This document shows, piece by piece, positions 12,201 to 25,986 of a stretch of DNA of 64,000 nucleotides. How positions within the stretch are numbered: the first letter of the stretch is position 1; each line of letters opens with the position of its first letter. Source of the DNA: Flaccisagitta enflata. Taxonomy: Eukaryota. The DNA lies in assembly GCA_965153355.1 (NCBI GenBank), contig OZ231126.1, positions 48,670,001 through 48,734,000 on the forward strand. Reading direction: 5' to 3'. A program made the translations under genes and the position numbers. The notes under the pieces were generated by a model that searched no databases, was not told where the DNA came from, and was given only the letters and a program-made list of their open reading frames with translations.

Positions 12201-13140
12201 ACCTCAACTCTGGTGTCTGTAATATTTGTATCCATTTTTGGGCAGCGGCCCCGAAGGAAACGAAGTCCTGTAGAACACGGACTTTTGTTCGTTCATTCCT
12301 TCGTTCGTTCGTGCGTGCATGCATCCCCCCTAGGCCCACTCAAGCCTGAAATTGTCCCTCCCAGGGCTGGAGTCTACCCTCTCAGGCCTAAAATCTGCCC
12401 TCTCAGTCCGTGCATCTGCCCACTCGGGCCTGAAATCTATCCTCTCAGGCCCGAAATCTGTCCTCTCAGGCCCTAAACCTGCCCTCCCAGAAACAAGGCC
12501 TGAGAGGGTAGATTTTAGGCCTAAGAGGGTAGATTTCTGGCCTGAGAGGGCTTGGGGGGGAAAAGACGGACACACGCAATAACAAACAAACAAACGAACC
12601 AAAGTCCCCCTGTGTTCTACAGGACTTTGTCCCTTTCGGGGCTGCTACCCTGCCTCTCATCCCCAATTACAATCATGCAAAGCAGGGCAACGGGTATCGC
12701 TGACCACACATTGCCCTTGGGCGACCTGTTGTGCCTTCTCGCACATCTCTATAAAGTCATGTCCGTCTGTCTATAGGTAAATCTGTGGGTCGGTCACGCA
12801 AACATTGAAATTGCGCAAATGTGAAACGGCTGATTCATTCCATTCATTCATTCATCCATCACGTTTATTCACTATTTCTTATTCAGCGAGGCGCACATAT
12901 TGGCCATAATTTGGCCTTGTTCTTTCTGTCAGTTTGCCCGGAGTGGTGGTGCATCGTTTGAAGAAACAGAACGACGATCTTTTCAAGGATTTGGACCAGA
13001 AATCCAAACGGATTTCTCAACTGGAAAATGAAAAGGCGGTTCTGATTCGGGAATTGTTCGACGCGCGGGCCCAAGCGTCGGCCGATGGCTTCAGCGAACG
13101 CAGAAACAACAACGCCACTGTCGACAAAACATTCATGTGA
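8216..13140 (+). CDS. SAPCD2: Suppressor-APC-domain protein (SAPCD2-like), 3' exons: 8216-8366(?), 10857-10958, 12102-12160, 12933-13140
   Basis: Spliced frame [44 protein letters not shown]...|...[39 protein letters not shown]...DKTFM* resembles the recalled SAPCD2 C-terminus (KSERITQLEQEKSALIKQLFEARA...DSTFI). GT-AG sites and phases are consistent. Confidence 0.8.
8462..8944. mobile_element. Two HINE-like family B elements (8462-8652 +, 8769-8944 -)
   Basis: Terminal hairpin AGTCGCGT(GC/AGC)ACGCGACT, (GGTC)n/(GGAC)n tract, other end GTATCCGGCCTTGTT-like. More copies at ~7640-7872, 33730-33945, 50040-50185, 51535-51715 and 56747-56985. Confidence 0.7.
9149..9435. repeat. (CT)n and degenerate (CA)n microsatellites
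   Basis: Direct inspection. Confidence 0.95.
10857..10958 (+). CDS. SAPCD2: SAPCD2-like exon (second half of Suppressor_APC domain)
   Basis: [25 protein letters not shown] acceptor; AAG|GTAAGA donor. Confidence 0.75.
11700..11997. mobile_element. hAT-type MITE
   Basis: CAGG...CCTG ends with 8-bp TSD TAAAGAAA on both sides. Same family as 52719-53033. Confidence 0.8.
12102..12160 (+). CDS. SAPCD2: SAPCD2-like exon ([19 protein letters not shown])
   Basis: Phase 0 to phase 2, matching both neighbours; CAG|GTAATG donor. Confidence 0.7.
12238..12730 (+). mobile_element. HINE-like family A element in SAPCD2-like intron
   Basis: TTTTGGGCAGCGGCCCC start, internal 21-bp repeats in two opposed blocks, end GGCAACGGGTATCGCTGACCAC...GGGCGACCTGTT. 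Confidence 0.75.
12933..13140 (+). CDS. SAPCD2: SAPCD2-like terminal exon (coiled coil)
   Basis: Acceptor [31 protein letters not shown]...TFM-stop. Confidence 0.85.
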
Positions 13141-13286
13141 TTAAATTCAACAGACCTTTTGCCACTTCGCCGCTGTCCCGATGTACCTCGACCATCCTCG
13201 GTTCCGAACTCGGCCTAATAGGCCCAATAGGTCGATAGGTCCCATAGAGAGACTAAATCCTAGTCTGAAAAAATCTTAAAAGAGTA

Positions 13287-13874
13287 CAGTGGGGTTCGAG
13301 GAATAACAGCCTCAACTGGAGGAAGGTATTTTAGTGTTTTGATTTTATTTGACAAACTTGATATTTGAAATATAAGCTGTTCACTTGATGCTTTTGTCCC
13401 TGAGTTTTCAAGCCGCTAAACCAAAATTATTTTTTTGACTATGATAACAACTAAAATATCGTATATTTTGACAAATATTACCAGGGAACATTGCTCAGAA
13501 TTAGATTTGCCTGTAAGAATATTGCTGTCCTGTAAGAATATTGCTGGTTTAGCTGTTGCTAGGGAGCATCATTTAGCGGTTGCTAGGTGACATGCCTCCT
13601 AGCAACGGCCAAACGAGCAATATTCTCACAGAACATATTGTGGAAAATTGTAGCACCGAATTCTAAGCAATGTTCCTGCAACAATATTTCTGTAATGATA
13701 TTTTAGTAGTTATGACAAGCTCTGAAAAAATAATTTCTCGTTTACAAGAACTAAAAACCTCAAAGACAAAAAAGTATCAAAACAACCTATATTTCAAATA
13801 TCGCTTTGTCAAATCAAATTAAGACACTTAAATACCCTCCTCCAGTTTAGGTTGTTATTCCACGAACCCCACTG
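13287..13874. mobile_element. Tc1/mariner-type foldback MITE
   Basis: TA|CAGTGGGGTTCG...CGAACCCCACTG|TA, long imperfect palindrome. Confidence 0.85.
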
Positions 13875-13897
13875 TATGGGTCCGCGACTGGGGTCAG

Positions 13898-14385
13898 TGT
13901 TGTCAAACGGCGTTGTCAAACGGCGTTGTCAAACGGCGTTGTCAAACGGCGTTGTCAAACGGCGTGGTCAAACGGCGTGGTCAAACGGCGTGGTCAAACG
14001 GCGTGGTCAAACGGCGTTGTCACACTGCGTTGTCACACGGCGTTGTCACACAGCGTTGTCACACGGTTGTCATACGGCGTTGTTATACATATGTTGAGTC
14101 CTTCCATTTAGAGACTACATACCAAGTTTCCACCAAATTGGTTGAAAAATGCCGAAGTTATGCATGTTTTTCACTTTTAGGCTGGTAGACTGGTTGGGCC
14201 GGTTGGGTGGGTCGGATCATAAGATACGCATAGGATATAAAGCGGCTTACTCAGTACAACTTCCCTTTAAATATGAAGCAAATCGGTCAAGGCGTTCAAA
14301 AGTTAGCCCATTTTTAAAAGTATGGACGATGACGACAACGACGACACCCACCCGCGTCGGAATGGTATTCCGTCGCGGACAAAAA
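13898..14385. mobile_element. Family C element carrying a 13-bp tandem array (GTTGTCAAACGGC)n
   Basis: Array 13898-14083 runs directly into the CATATGTTGAGTCC core and ends in CGCGTCGGAATGGTATTCCGTCGCGGAC. Confidence 0.7.
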
Positions 14386-16309
14386 CCATCACCAAAAGGT
14401 TCGATGAAAATATGACTGGATAGAGGGTTTTGGTGGATGGCTGGATGCGCTTGCTTTTTTTTTTTTCTTTATAGATGTGCTAAGGGGAGGGAGGAAGGTA
14501 TCTAATCACAATTTGATGGGACATACAATCATGTAGCTGGAAGTAACGTGGCATGTGATAATTTTTCAAATTTCTAATAGCCATCCTTCATTTCAAAATT
14601 CCCAATTTTTATTTCCGTCCATTTGAAGAGGACTGGTTTGTGTTCTTCCCCTCCCCCTTCAAACCGTCTTTCATTGAGCACTGACGCTGTCATTTATTCT
14701 TAGTTCTACTGTGCCGGTTCACCAATTCGAATACAAAGGGTATCTGTCATCCTATCTGTCTGTCGGTTTACACAGTTTCCGACCCTCACGCTTTTTACTT
14801 TAAATACTGGCCTATTTCAGGCTCTTGTTCATTGCTCATACATTGCTCATACATTGCTCTGTTGTACCGTTGCTTATGTAATCGTGAAAAATTGAGAATA
14901 ATTACTCAGTACTAATTATTAATTAGTAACTGCGTACGTCTCCACATTTAGAAATGGCCCGGACTTAAAGGTATCCGTTGCATACGTAATCTCATCTAGA
15001 AAAGAGAATATATCAATGTTCCTTGTTCAATGCAAAACGCCGCGCAAAATTTTGACAGTTGTCTTAAAACGACAGTCAGTTCAGATATTTAAACAGTGCT
15101 ATATTATCTAGCTTTTATCGCATTTTTTGCACTTAAATAGCGTTCTAACGTAATTGCCTCATGAAATTTTGGTTCTCACAAAAAATAATTAAGCAAGCAG
15201 CTTGATTGAGAAGGGTTTTTACAATCAATAAAGGCGATGGAACCTGCCAACTACCCAATTCTACGCAATTTATAGAGCAATCATTTTAAGTTATCATTAT
15301 CAAATATTTCACCTTGGAATTAGGATTTCATTTTCATTAACTTGATTATGACGCCAATTCTTACGGAGTCTAAAGCATATTCACCTATTTAAGATACAAA
15401 ATTGTAAACCGTTGAAGCACCTTTATAGGATTTGTTGATAGGGGAGTTTGCAAAAGTACAGAATGGAATGTTTCAGTCAAGGTGCAAATTAAGAATTGCT
15501 TAGTCTTCTAGTGTTAATTTAGGAAACGATGATGAAGAGGTCAAGAGGAAAGAAGAAAGTTGCAGTACAAGAATAATCAAGTAGAAAATAATAGAGGAGG
15601 AGCTGAAAGGATGTAGAGCCAATGAGTAGCAGGAAATAACAATGTGACGTTACAGCGTAGGCCAAGTCTGTTCAAGAATTTGTCAAGTGTTCAGTTTGGC
15701 GGGATAAAGCGACTAGATTTGAATCATTTTGGCAGAAGTACGCAATTTTTCTTGTGTCTGGAAATACATTGATCAATCGGAAAACTCCTCAATCCCGGAT
15801 CCCCAGAAGGCGAATACAAGACCGTGCAAAGGTTAAAATATATAGGCCTAGATAGCCCTAGATACTTTAGTGAACTCACGCACGGTTCAGCGGAAGATCA
15901 CAATGAGATGAGAGGGTTTAGTGCGTTTGACAAAGGCGAGGGTGCACAAGTTTGTTCTCTAAGAGGCGTAATCTTATGGCACAAGTTGAAGTGGGAAAAA
16001 CTCACAAAGCGCACCATAGAGAGAAAGACTGGATACAGAGAGATCAAGAAAGAAGAAGGGGGGAGGGGGGGTGGCGCTTTTGAAAGAGGCAGAGTCAAGA
16101 AAGAAAATGAAAATGAAAATCGAAAGAGAGATGAGGCTCGGAGGATAAGAGAAGGGAAAATGAGAAAAGGGGGGGGGGGAGACAAAGTCAAAAATATGTT
16201 ATTCTTTTTAGTTCAATCCTTTTTTGAAAAGTGTTTCCTCAAGTGTCTTTTTAATATAAATAATTTTGTGTGTGAAATCAAAGCTTAGTTTTTTTGTTTT
16301 GTCTATTTT

Positions 16310-16495
16310 TCATCCTACGGCTTTGAGTCCGTTGATGGCTTCTTGAAAGAGGGCGGCTTTGGCTTTGGCGTGTTTGATTTCCAACTCGGCCAACTCGGTG
16401 AGGTTTTTCCGGAACATTTGGACGCGTCGTTGACGAAACTCGGACAATTCCCCTTTACCAACTTGGCTGATAGTCTCGAACTTCTCGCACATCGC
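16310..16495 (-). CDS. SNX6: SNX5/6 exon 10 (terminal)
   Basis: [44 protein letters not shown]...-stop. Confidence 0.95.
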   Translation of the reverse strand, partial: AMCEKFETISQVGKGELSEFRQRRVQMFRKNLTELAELEIKHAKAKAALFQEAINGLKAVG

Positions 16496-19400
16496 CTGTG
16501 AATGGGGGAGGGGGAAAATAAGATTAATGAAGGGGAGTAAACTTGGACAACTCCCCTTTACTAACTTGGCTGATAGTCTCGAACTTCTCGCGCATCGCCT
16601 GTGAATGCGAGGGGGGAGGGAGAAAAAGAATTTATGATGGGAGTACGCTCGGACAACTCCTCTCTAACAACTTGGTGGATCATCTCTAACTTCTTGCACA
16701 TCGCCTGTGACTGCGGAGGGGAGAAAAAACATGAATGATAGGGAGTAAACTTGGACAACTCCCCTTTACCAACATGGCTGATTATCTCAAACGTCGGCGT
16801 CATTGTAGATAGAGATGAAAAGAGGAGAACAGGTGGAAGAGCATTTATGATGGTGAACAGGGTTAAGGAAGAGAAATGAAACACATGCTTGACAGTGAAA
16901 CGAGGATGGCGATGAACGAGGCGAGAACCGGTATTCCATGAGTCAAGGGGCGATTAGGGGGCGGTGGACAGAGAGATCAGAAATTCTCCTTGATAGGTGG
17001 TCAGTCAGGGCCAACGTGGGCCGTTTGGGTGCTTCACATGGCAAAAGTTGTTTATTTCTTCTCGCCCTCTTTACCTAATGTGGAGTGGCTAATTTTAGGA
17101 CCCTTACCATTTTTCTTTTATCAAAAATCGTTCATCTTCCGTTTTTTAGAAATTTGTTTTTGAGGGCCTAATTTGCATAATGCAGTGGGATAAAACAATA
17201 TGCTGATATTGTTTGTATTAGCTTTTACAAATTTCTTTTTTTAAAGAATTACAATTCTGCTTTTTCATAATGTTTTTGCATAGTTTATGTTCTAAGATTT
17301 TAGTTTATTTTTTACAAGCACTACTGCTTTTTTTTAAAAACAAATAATTGTCTTTTGTAACGAAACTATACAGGATTTTGCTGAATTTGGGGAAATCTGT
17401 AGAAACTTAATGGCCAAAACAAAAACGGAAGATGAAGGAATTTTGAAAAAAGAAAAATGGTCATCTTCATGATTTTTGCATCTCCACATTACCTAAGCAG
17501 GGTGAAGGGATACTCCCAACTTTTTCTATGCGAAGCACGCAAGTGGGCCGTGGGGCGCAGTCCTTTGTTTTTATGAAATTCGGCTTTCATACCCTAAGCA
17601 GTATGGTCAACTTTTTTCGCGAAAGGAAATGAGAAACCAGGGCGATGACGCATGTCAAAACACTTAACTCAAGTGTCGGACATGGTCAGACCGAAGGACT
17701 GATGAATGGACAAAGCCTCTTTCAGAGGCGCCGCGCCTGTCGGCCGATTATGATATGGCAAGTATTCACGATGAAAACAAAATGAGCAGTGAGGATCAAA
17801 GCGGGTTGAGAATTTCGGCAGAGATAAAAATTCAATAAACTTAGAAAACTAATTCTGATCGACAGAACAACAAACGCGCCAACGGGATGACCTTGGATGG
17901 AGACCGACCAGCCAACGGACGGATCGACCGATGGACGGACGGACCAACAGACGGACTGACCAAAGAACCAACCAACGCACCAACTGGATTACCTATGCTA
18001 TGGATAGAGTGACGAAGGGGCAGACCAACAAACAGGCCGAAAGACCAACGGACGAACAGAGCGGGCTAAGGACTAAAGAGAAAGGAGGGGGGGTGGTAAA
18101 GGAAAATGAAAATGATTTCATCAACCCCGCCTTAAAAGATTACAAGCCCAAAGGCCCCCCAAATCTTTCGTTTACGTTGATGCCCGACCTGTTGGGTGTT
18201 TTCTGCCGCTAAGACGTCTTTGTTCTTGGCTCTGGCTTTGTCCAGATTCTTGTTGGCGTTTTCGTAGTTGGCCAACGATCGCGCTCGTCGGTACAGCAAA
18301 TCGCGCGCGGCAGCCGAATCGCGCATATAATAACGAAGGCTGTTTGGATAAAGAACAAAGGAAACATGTTGAACAAAGTGGGTAAATGGTAGAGTTAATG
18401 AGTGATAAGTTAATGAGCGATGAGTTGAAGAATGAAGAACAAGTTTAAAGTTTTGGCAAATAAGTGCGCCTCACTGGTCAAGAATATGTGTGCGCCTCAC
18501 TGGTCAAGAATATGTAAAGGAAGGGAGTTTGAGAGATAACAGAGACGTTTGCATGACGGACAGACCGACCAACAGAGAGTCAGACATAAGTGTACGATCA
18601 TACGAGGACGCACATAAAAAGGGAAGACGATAGACAATAAGAACAGATGAATGATGAAGATACATATGAACGACCAAAATACATAACGGACACGATGATC
18701 ATGAATTTCAATAACAGGGTGTGCAAAAAATCTCGTACTAGCCATCAAATCTGTAAAAAAGACACCTAGATTTGAGAAAATTCTTTCAAGTTGATGTTTG
18801 AAATTAATGATTACGTTATTTTTCATACTTAAGACGAGAAAAAATGATGAATGGTAGACAGCAGAATATACATTTTTAGACCAACAGGGACGTAAGTAGA
18901 ATTAACCAAAGATTTCTTTTTTTGGTGAAAAAAATTAAATTTGATGTCTAAATTGGATTGAAATATCACTTTTGTTGACTGAAACCCCTCCTAGGTCACA
19001 ATATAGTTTGAGGGAATATAACTGGACCCGTTTTTGGTTGTTGGACCCATTTTTTTTTACCTTATTTTCATTGATTGGACCCATTTTTATTAGTCAGAGG
19101 ACCCATTTTTTAGAGACTTAGAAAATAAAAAACAGGTCCACTGACTGACAAAAACAGGTCCGTTCCCCAAAAAAACAGGTCCGCAATCGATAGGTTATAA
19201 TAAGAATATGCGGTAAAGCCATTTTATAGAAAGCAAGTTTCCTCATCACTGTACTGGTCTCACTATGCAGTGGTGAGTTATTCTCATGTATGATATTGAA
19301 AAGAGCTCCTTTTTTTTCCACCAAGAGGACCCGTTCTGACTATAATAAATAGTGCTGTGAATGACCTGTTTTTTTAGTCAGATATCCCATTTTCATGGAC

Positions 19401-22400
19401 CCGTTTTTTGCAATTTTATGGGACCCACATTGTAACTTTGTAGTATAATTGTGGCCAGGGGGGAATTTTCTTCTTCACTTCCATCTAAGTATTTTGGAGG
19501 AGAGGACTTGTGGAGGAGAGGAATTTTCAAGGAAATGAATTTTTTTTGAGAATTGAGAAGAGGAATTTTGGAGGAGGAATTTTGGAAAGGAGGAATTTTG
19601 AGGAGAGGAACTTTTTAGAGGAAGAGGTATTTTGGAGGAGAGGAATTTTGGAGGAGAGGAATTTTTCAGTTACTGAAAAATGGCATATTTACCAAAGTAA
19701 ATAAGTAAGAACTTGGTAACTTACTATCGGCATAGCAACTTTTACCAATAATTGAATAAAGTAAAGCAAAAAATAAAGTAATTTACCCCAATGGAAGTAA
19801 CCGAGTAAAAGAGTAAGAAAGTAAGAAAGCAAGAAAGCCAATCATGGAGGAGGTAAAAAGTAAGAAAGTAAGAGCTGAGCCGGACTTCCCAATAGGCTTA
19901 AGAGGCTTAAGCCTAGGGCCCCGCGGTGAGGGGGGCCCCGCGGTAGGGCCCCCAACTTGGAAAAAAGAAAGAAAGGAAGGAAGAAAGAAAGAAAAAAAGA
20001 AAGAAAGAAAGAGAGAGAAAAAATGACAGAAAGACAAAGGGATAAAAAAAACACAGAAAGAAGAAAGTTATAGAATAAGAGAGTAAATATAAACAAGGCC
20101 GGATACACGGCTACCCCAGTCTCATATGGGTGAGCAGGGGCCATATTTAAGGTCAATGGAGCATTTGGGCAGGAGCAGCTACACACTCGACAGATCCACA
20201 AAGTTGAATAAGAGGCTGAAAGAAATCTAGCAAAAGAAATCTACTTAAATTTGGCATTAACTGAAGTTAAAAAGGCTTAGGTAAAACAGAAAATCATGAC
20301 CTTTCCGTCATTGAATGTTTTTGCGCATAAAAAACTTCTTCGCCGAAACAGCAAAAAAATCAAGTGTGGCTAGGCAAAAAAAAACATAAATGCCAAAAAA
20401 GTGTGATGAACAAACTGACAGAGCTCCATTGTTACAGATAAAATATTGATGTATCAAAAAAATTGATTCATATTTTTTTCCAATCATTAGAAAATTTTTG
20501 TTTTTAGAATTGTATCATGACAATTAGAATTGCTGATCATTAAGTTGCAAACCATATCATGTTATCTGTCAGATTTTCTCCAGAATTAAGTATATTCAAT
20601 CTTTTTAAAAAACTATTACATTATGAGATGTTAAGAACAAAATAAAATAAAGACTAATGTTCTTCTAAATAGGCTTTTGGTATTCAAATGCCTCGCCAGC
20701 TCAATATGTATGATATCAGAGGAAGAAGAGAGCAGCATGGTGGAAAAGCCAAGAGAATGGTTTGGCAGGGGCTGCCTGGTGGGGGGGGGCTGGGGGCCCC
20801 GCGGTAGCAGTCAAGCCTAGGGCCCCGCGGTGGCTAAGTCCGGCTCAGAGTAAGAGAGTAACAGAGTAAGAGAGTAAGAAAATAAGAAGGTAAATTATTG
20901 AAAGTAAGCAAGTAAATTGTGGGTCATTTACTGGAATTACAGTAAAGTAACAAAAGAGAAAGAGTAAGAGAAAAATCCGCCTTGGCCATGGGAGTTACAT
21001 TGTGGGACCCGTTTTTCACGCTCATAGGACCCATAAAGTGAACCCATTTTTGAATCAGGGGACCCGTTTTTACGGGTCCCTAATGTAAAAACAGGTCCTA
21101 CAACCAAAAAATCGGACCCGTTTTTATCTATTGAGAAAGCAAGTTTAAACTAGGTTGTGTAGGTGACCCAACTAACTGCCCTTGATATATTCATTCTCAA
21201 ACAATCCATCCAGGGGCCAATAAAGTTGCAAAAACCTTCATTTTTAAATAAACACCACTCTGCAAATAAAATCATGTCAAAATCTGATTTCCCAATTTTT
21301 CTTAAGTACATGTCATGGTTATGTATGTAAATTGTAGCAGCTGTTCTTAGTTTCTACTTTTAGCATGACTAACTGAGATACTTTGGTTCATATTTTAGCT
21401 TATAAATTCCCACAACAATTGTGGTTTTCAAGTTAAAGACCAAGTACGAAATTTTTTGCTCATCCTGTTAAACGCGCATCACGCACTCACGTGTCGGAAA
21501 GCTTGAGGTCTTCGTCCGAGGCCACCCGGCCTTCCGATTTTCTGGCAGGAGGAAAAGGACAATAGACGCAAAAGCGTTAGATGGTCAGCGGTACCCGTGC
21601 CCTGCCCTAATAGGTTGTGCTTGAAGTTCGAAGGGGAAGCAGGGCAGCGGCCCTGAAGGGGTTTACGACTTATCCATTCACACACATGGGAAATCTTCTC
21701 CTTCTTACTCCTCCTCCTCCTCCTCCTCCTCCTCCTCCTCCTCCTCCGTCCGCCTCCCCCCAGCTTCGAGGCCCAAATTCTAGTCCCAAGACCCAGCTCC
21801 CAGCCCCGTCCCAAATCCTATCCAAAAGGCCCAAATCCTATCCAAAAGGCCCAAATCCCAGCCTTGAGACCCAAATCTCATCCCGCTGCCCAAAAACAAG
21901 TGACGCGGGATCACGATATCGTTGCGGACGGGCGGGCAGAGGCGTCGGACCCCAATACACACCCCAATGCCATCCCCACCGACCCCACATACATACACAA
22001 ACACAAACATACAAAAGGACAACATACAAAATTCGAAAAGTGTAATTGTTCGACTCATTTCAAACAGTCCTGCCATTTTTCTTCAATATACCAATTTTTA
22101 ATCGCGGACACGCGATTTCAAAACTAGCCGGGTTGGTAAGTTGGTCTAACCGTCAGTCCACACGTCACAAAATGGTTGTAGATATTCCGCTCCTGGCGAC
22201 CCTGCCGCGACCGGGGGGGGGTGTATACAGCTTTGATTTTCAATAAACCATTTTACTACGATACATATGAAATCAACTCCTGACCCAATGACTCACCTCG
22301 CCCTTTCGAGGATTTCGCTGAATTTGACGATGAACTTTTCCAAAGCTGGGTTTTCGATGCTGGATAACGACTGCAGATTGATGGAGATTTGAATCAAGGA

Positions 22401-25400
22401 ATTGGCCATGGCTGCGAGGGAGGAATAACACAAGGGGAATAAAAGAGATGGTTTCAGCAAAGATTATCGGTCGACAGTTGCACAACCGCGACAAAACGAG
22501 CATGTCTCAAACACAAAAGCTCGGGCATACACACATGTTAAGCCTAAGGCTCTCGCACACGCACACGCGCACACAAACAAGAGGGGAACCACGCACGCGT
22601 ACACGCATGTGCATTTCATTAGCTGTACATCCTTTTTTTCGCCTACCCACATGCTTAGAGGCAAATTTATAGGATGTCATAAGCGTCGGACAGTCTTCAA
22701 CGTATTTGCTAGGTTATATATGTAACGGCATGAAAAGCATCTATCCCCCATCCTTTGCGGGTAACAAACCGGCGACGTACCTTTCGTGGTTTTGGTCATT
22801 TTATCTGCCAATTCCGTCGATGCCGCGATTTTCTTGTGATACTCCACGAGGAAGAGTTTGTCCTGTTGTTAAATTGGAAGATACAGCAGATACAGATAAA
22901 ACTTTGAAACGCTTTGAGCGGTTGAATCCCTTCTATCTCACTAGATCTTTAGGTGCGTCAACGTCTCATCAACCGGTCGAGTCCGTCTGCAGGTTGGTTG
23001 GTTGGTTGGTGGGTTGGTTGGTCGGTCACAAAAATGTTTGCCAATCATTACTGCAATGGACATTCTATACTGGAATCAATGGATATTTAGCAGCATGCGA
23101 AGGTCGAGTGGACGGACGGTTGGTCGCTCGGTCTTTGTTTTTGACCTTCAGAAAACTTGGTGCTGTATTTTGCGCGGTTGAACTGGTTAACAAGCAACTT
23201 GCTGGGTCTCGAGAGCTGTGGAAGGTGGATTTTACCTGTTCGAATTGTTCGTCTATGTCCTTTTGACCCGCCAGAAGGAGTTCGTCGGCCGATTTGGTGA
23301 CTTTGTTGAAAAATCCGCCCACGATTTCTTTCTTGTTCTTTCCGCGAACGTTCAAGTCCTCGTTGTACTCTGAAGTGGGCGAAACGTAGATAAATTTCAT
23401 TTATACAGATGTAGATTATAGATAATAGTTGGGGTGAGTTCATGCCCATTATCTCGACTTCAAGTTAATCGTGCTTACAATGTGAACATACATTCATAAC
23501 TTTCCACCGACCCACAAGGGAATGAGTGGAGTACGTGAGTGAGCCCGCTAACAAAGCAAGCATAGGGGAAAAGAGCGCTACTTAGTAAGTGAGGGGAGTG
23601 AGCGATGCGAGAGAACGAACAAAGCGAGCGACCGAGTGGTCCGTAAACAACGCGATTGACAAGAGTAGAAGCATGCCTATAATAGCACCATTCGTCATAC
23701 CGAGGAAAACTCTGAAGTTGTGATCGTTTCTCATCGTGGGATGGCCGGCGATCCGTTGCAAGAACACTTCATGCATCGCGACCGTCTTCTTGAAGGTGGC
23801 GAGATATTCCCTGAATGGCAAAGAGGAGAAAGTTTTTAAATGTAAATCATAGTAGAAATGTTAAAAGAATTGTGTGAATTCGACTCGTTTGACCATAAAA
23901 ATCGTCGAAGTTTGCCCTTGGCTCAATTGAGACCATATGATTGCTTCGGAAAATCATCGTCAATCGTCATCATCATCATCAGCATCATTGTCGTCTTATC
24001 ATCATCATCATCATCATCACCATCATCATTATCGACATCATTGTCGTCTTATCATCAATGCAATCATCATCGTTAACATCATCATCGTCATCATCATCGT
24101 CAATCATCATCGTTGTCACCTTCATCATCATCATATAGTCAATCATCATCATCATCATAAGTCATCATCAAAATCGTCAGTCATTATCATCATCGTCCTC
24201 TTCATCATCATGATTATCGTCAATCATTACCATCATCGTCAATCATTACCATCATCGTCAATCATTACCATCATTATTCATCATATTCACCATTACCATC
24301 ATTATTCATCATATTCACCATTACCATCATTCATCATCATTACCATCATTCATAATCATTACCATCATTCATCATCATCATCATTATCATTATCGTCAAT
24401 CTCATCATCGATATCAGCATCGTTATTGTCATCAACGTCGTCGTCGGCATGGTCATCTTCATGGTCATCACCAACATCGTCGTCATCGTCATCACCAACA
24501 TCGTCATCGTCATCACCATCATATTCGTCATCGTTGTCGTCTTCATCATCATCATTGTCATGATTATCGTCATCTACATCATTATCGTCATCTTCATAGT
24601 CAGCCATCATCATCGTCATCCAACTCATCATCATCCTCATCATCATCATCATCATCAACATCCTCATCCCCATTCACCGTGCTGCCTAGCTGTGATACGT
24701 AGGAAAAAATGACACAGCATAGCGACCTATTCTGGAGTGTTATATACACCTAGAGGGATGTCCCCATGCGTGAGACCAAAAATTCTGTTTGGATTTTGAC
24801 GAGAAAACGCCGTTAAAAGCCATAAAATGCCGTAAAATGAGCATTTTTCAACATTTTTTGTGTGTAAAGAGCTAAAGAATTGCCAATCTAGACAGAAAAT
24901 GGCCAAACATTAATGATATTGCACTGATACACGATCACGCAAAAATTTGGGTCATGCCAAAATCAACTGGTATCATTTTTTGCCGTTAAATGCCGTCAAG
25001 ATGGCATCTTAAAGCATTTTTGGGTGTTCCTCACTCGTAGGTCACAACAGTAACTTGAAAACTGCCAGAAAAAGTGCATTAGAGCCTAGAACAAACGAAT
25101 TACAAAGTTTCTCAACAGTGTTGCAATATTGTCCCGTCAAAGTACAGTGGATCACCGCTACAGCGCACCCGCTAATGAGGCATGCCCGCCTATAAGGCAT
25201 CTAGCTTACAGTCCCTTGAAAGATTTTTTAGTTATTTCTGTGTCGGCAATAAGGCAGCTTCACAATGCATAATTTGGCCCAGCCCCTTGGCATGCGCTCT
25301 AGTGGTCAACTGTACCCAAAATGCTGCAAGATAGCATTTGTGGCATTTTTTTCGGGCAGAGCTTAGGCCTATGCAACTCCTCTGCTTGTGTTGTATTTAC

Positions 25401-25460
25401 GTGCGTTCCAGTGCGTGTGCGTGTGCATGTGTGTGTGTGTGTGTGTGCACTAGTGCGCAT

Positions 25461-25498
<38 letters not shown>

Positions 25499-25551
25499 GT
25501 GTGTGTTTTTACGTGTGTTAGTGTGCATATGTGTGTGCATGTTACGCGCGT

Positions 25552-25614
<63 letters not shown>

Positions 25615-25929
25615 GAGATTTGCTCGTGAACATGCGGTGGGAGCAATGCAAGAACGAGCCTCGGAAATTGGAATGCTTCATTTTGATTGAGAGTTCCGTA
25701 CTACTATCAAACACGACTTGTTTCTAATTCTGGTTTTGAAACTTAGTTAACTCAGCAAAGTATTATATTGCATAAGTAGCTAAACACAGACAGACAGACA
25801 CACACAGACACACACACAGACACACACACAGACACACACACAGACACACACACACACACACACACACACACAAGCACGCACGCGAGCACGCATGCGCACA
25901 TGTACAGGCACACACACACAGAAACACAT

Positions 25930-25986
<57 letters not shown>

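Noticed and set aside
23858-24712. His/Ser/Asp-rich ORFs
   Set aside because: Intronic (CAT)n microsatellite; SNX6 splices cleanly over it.
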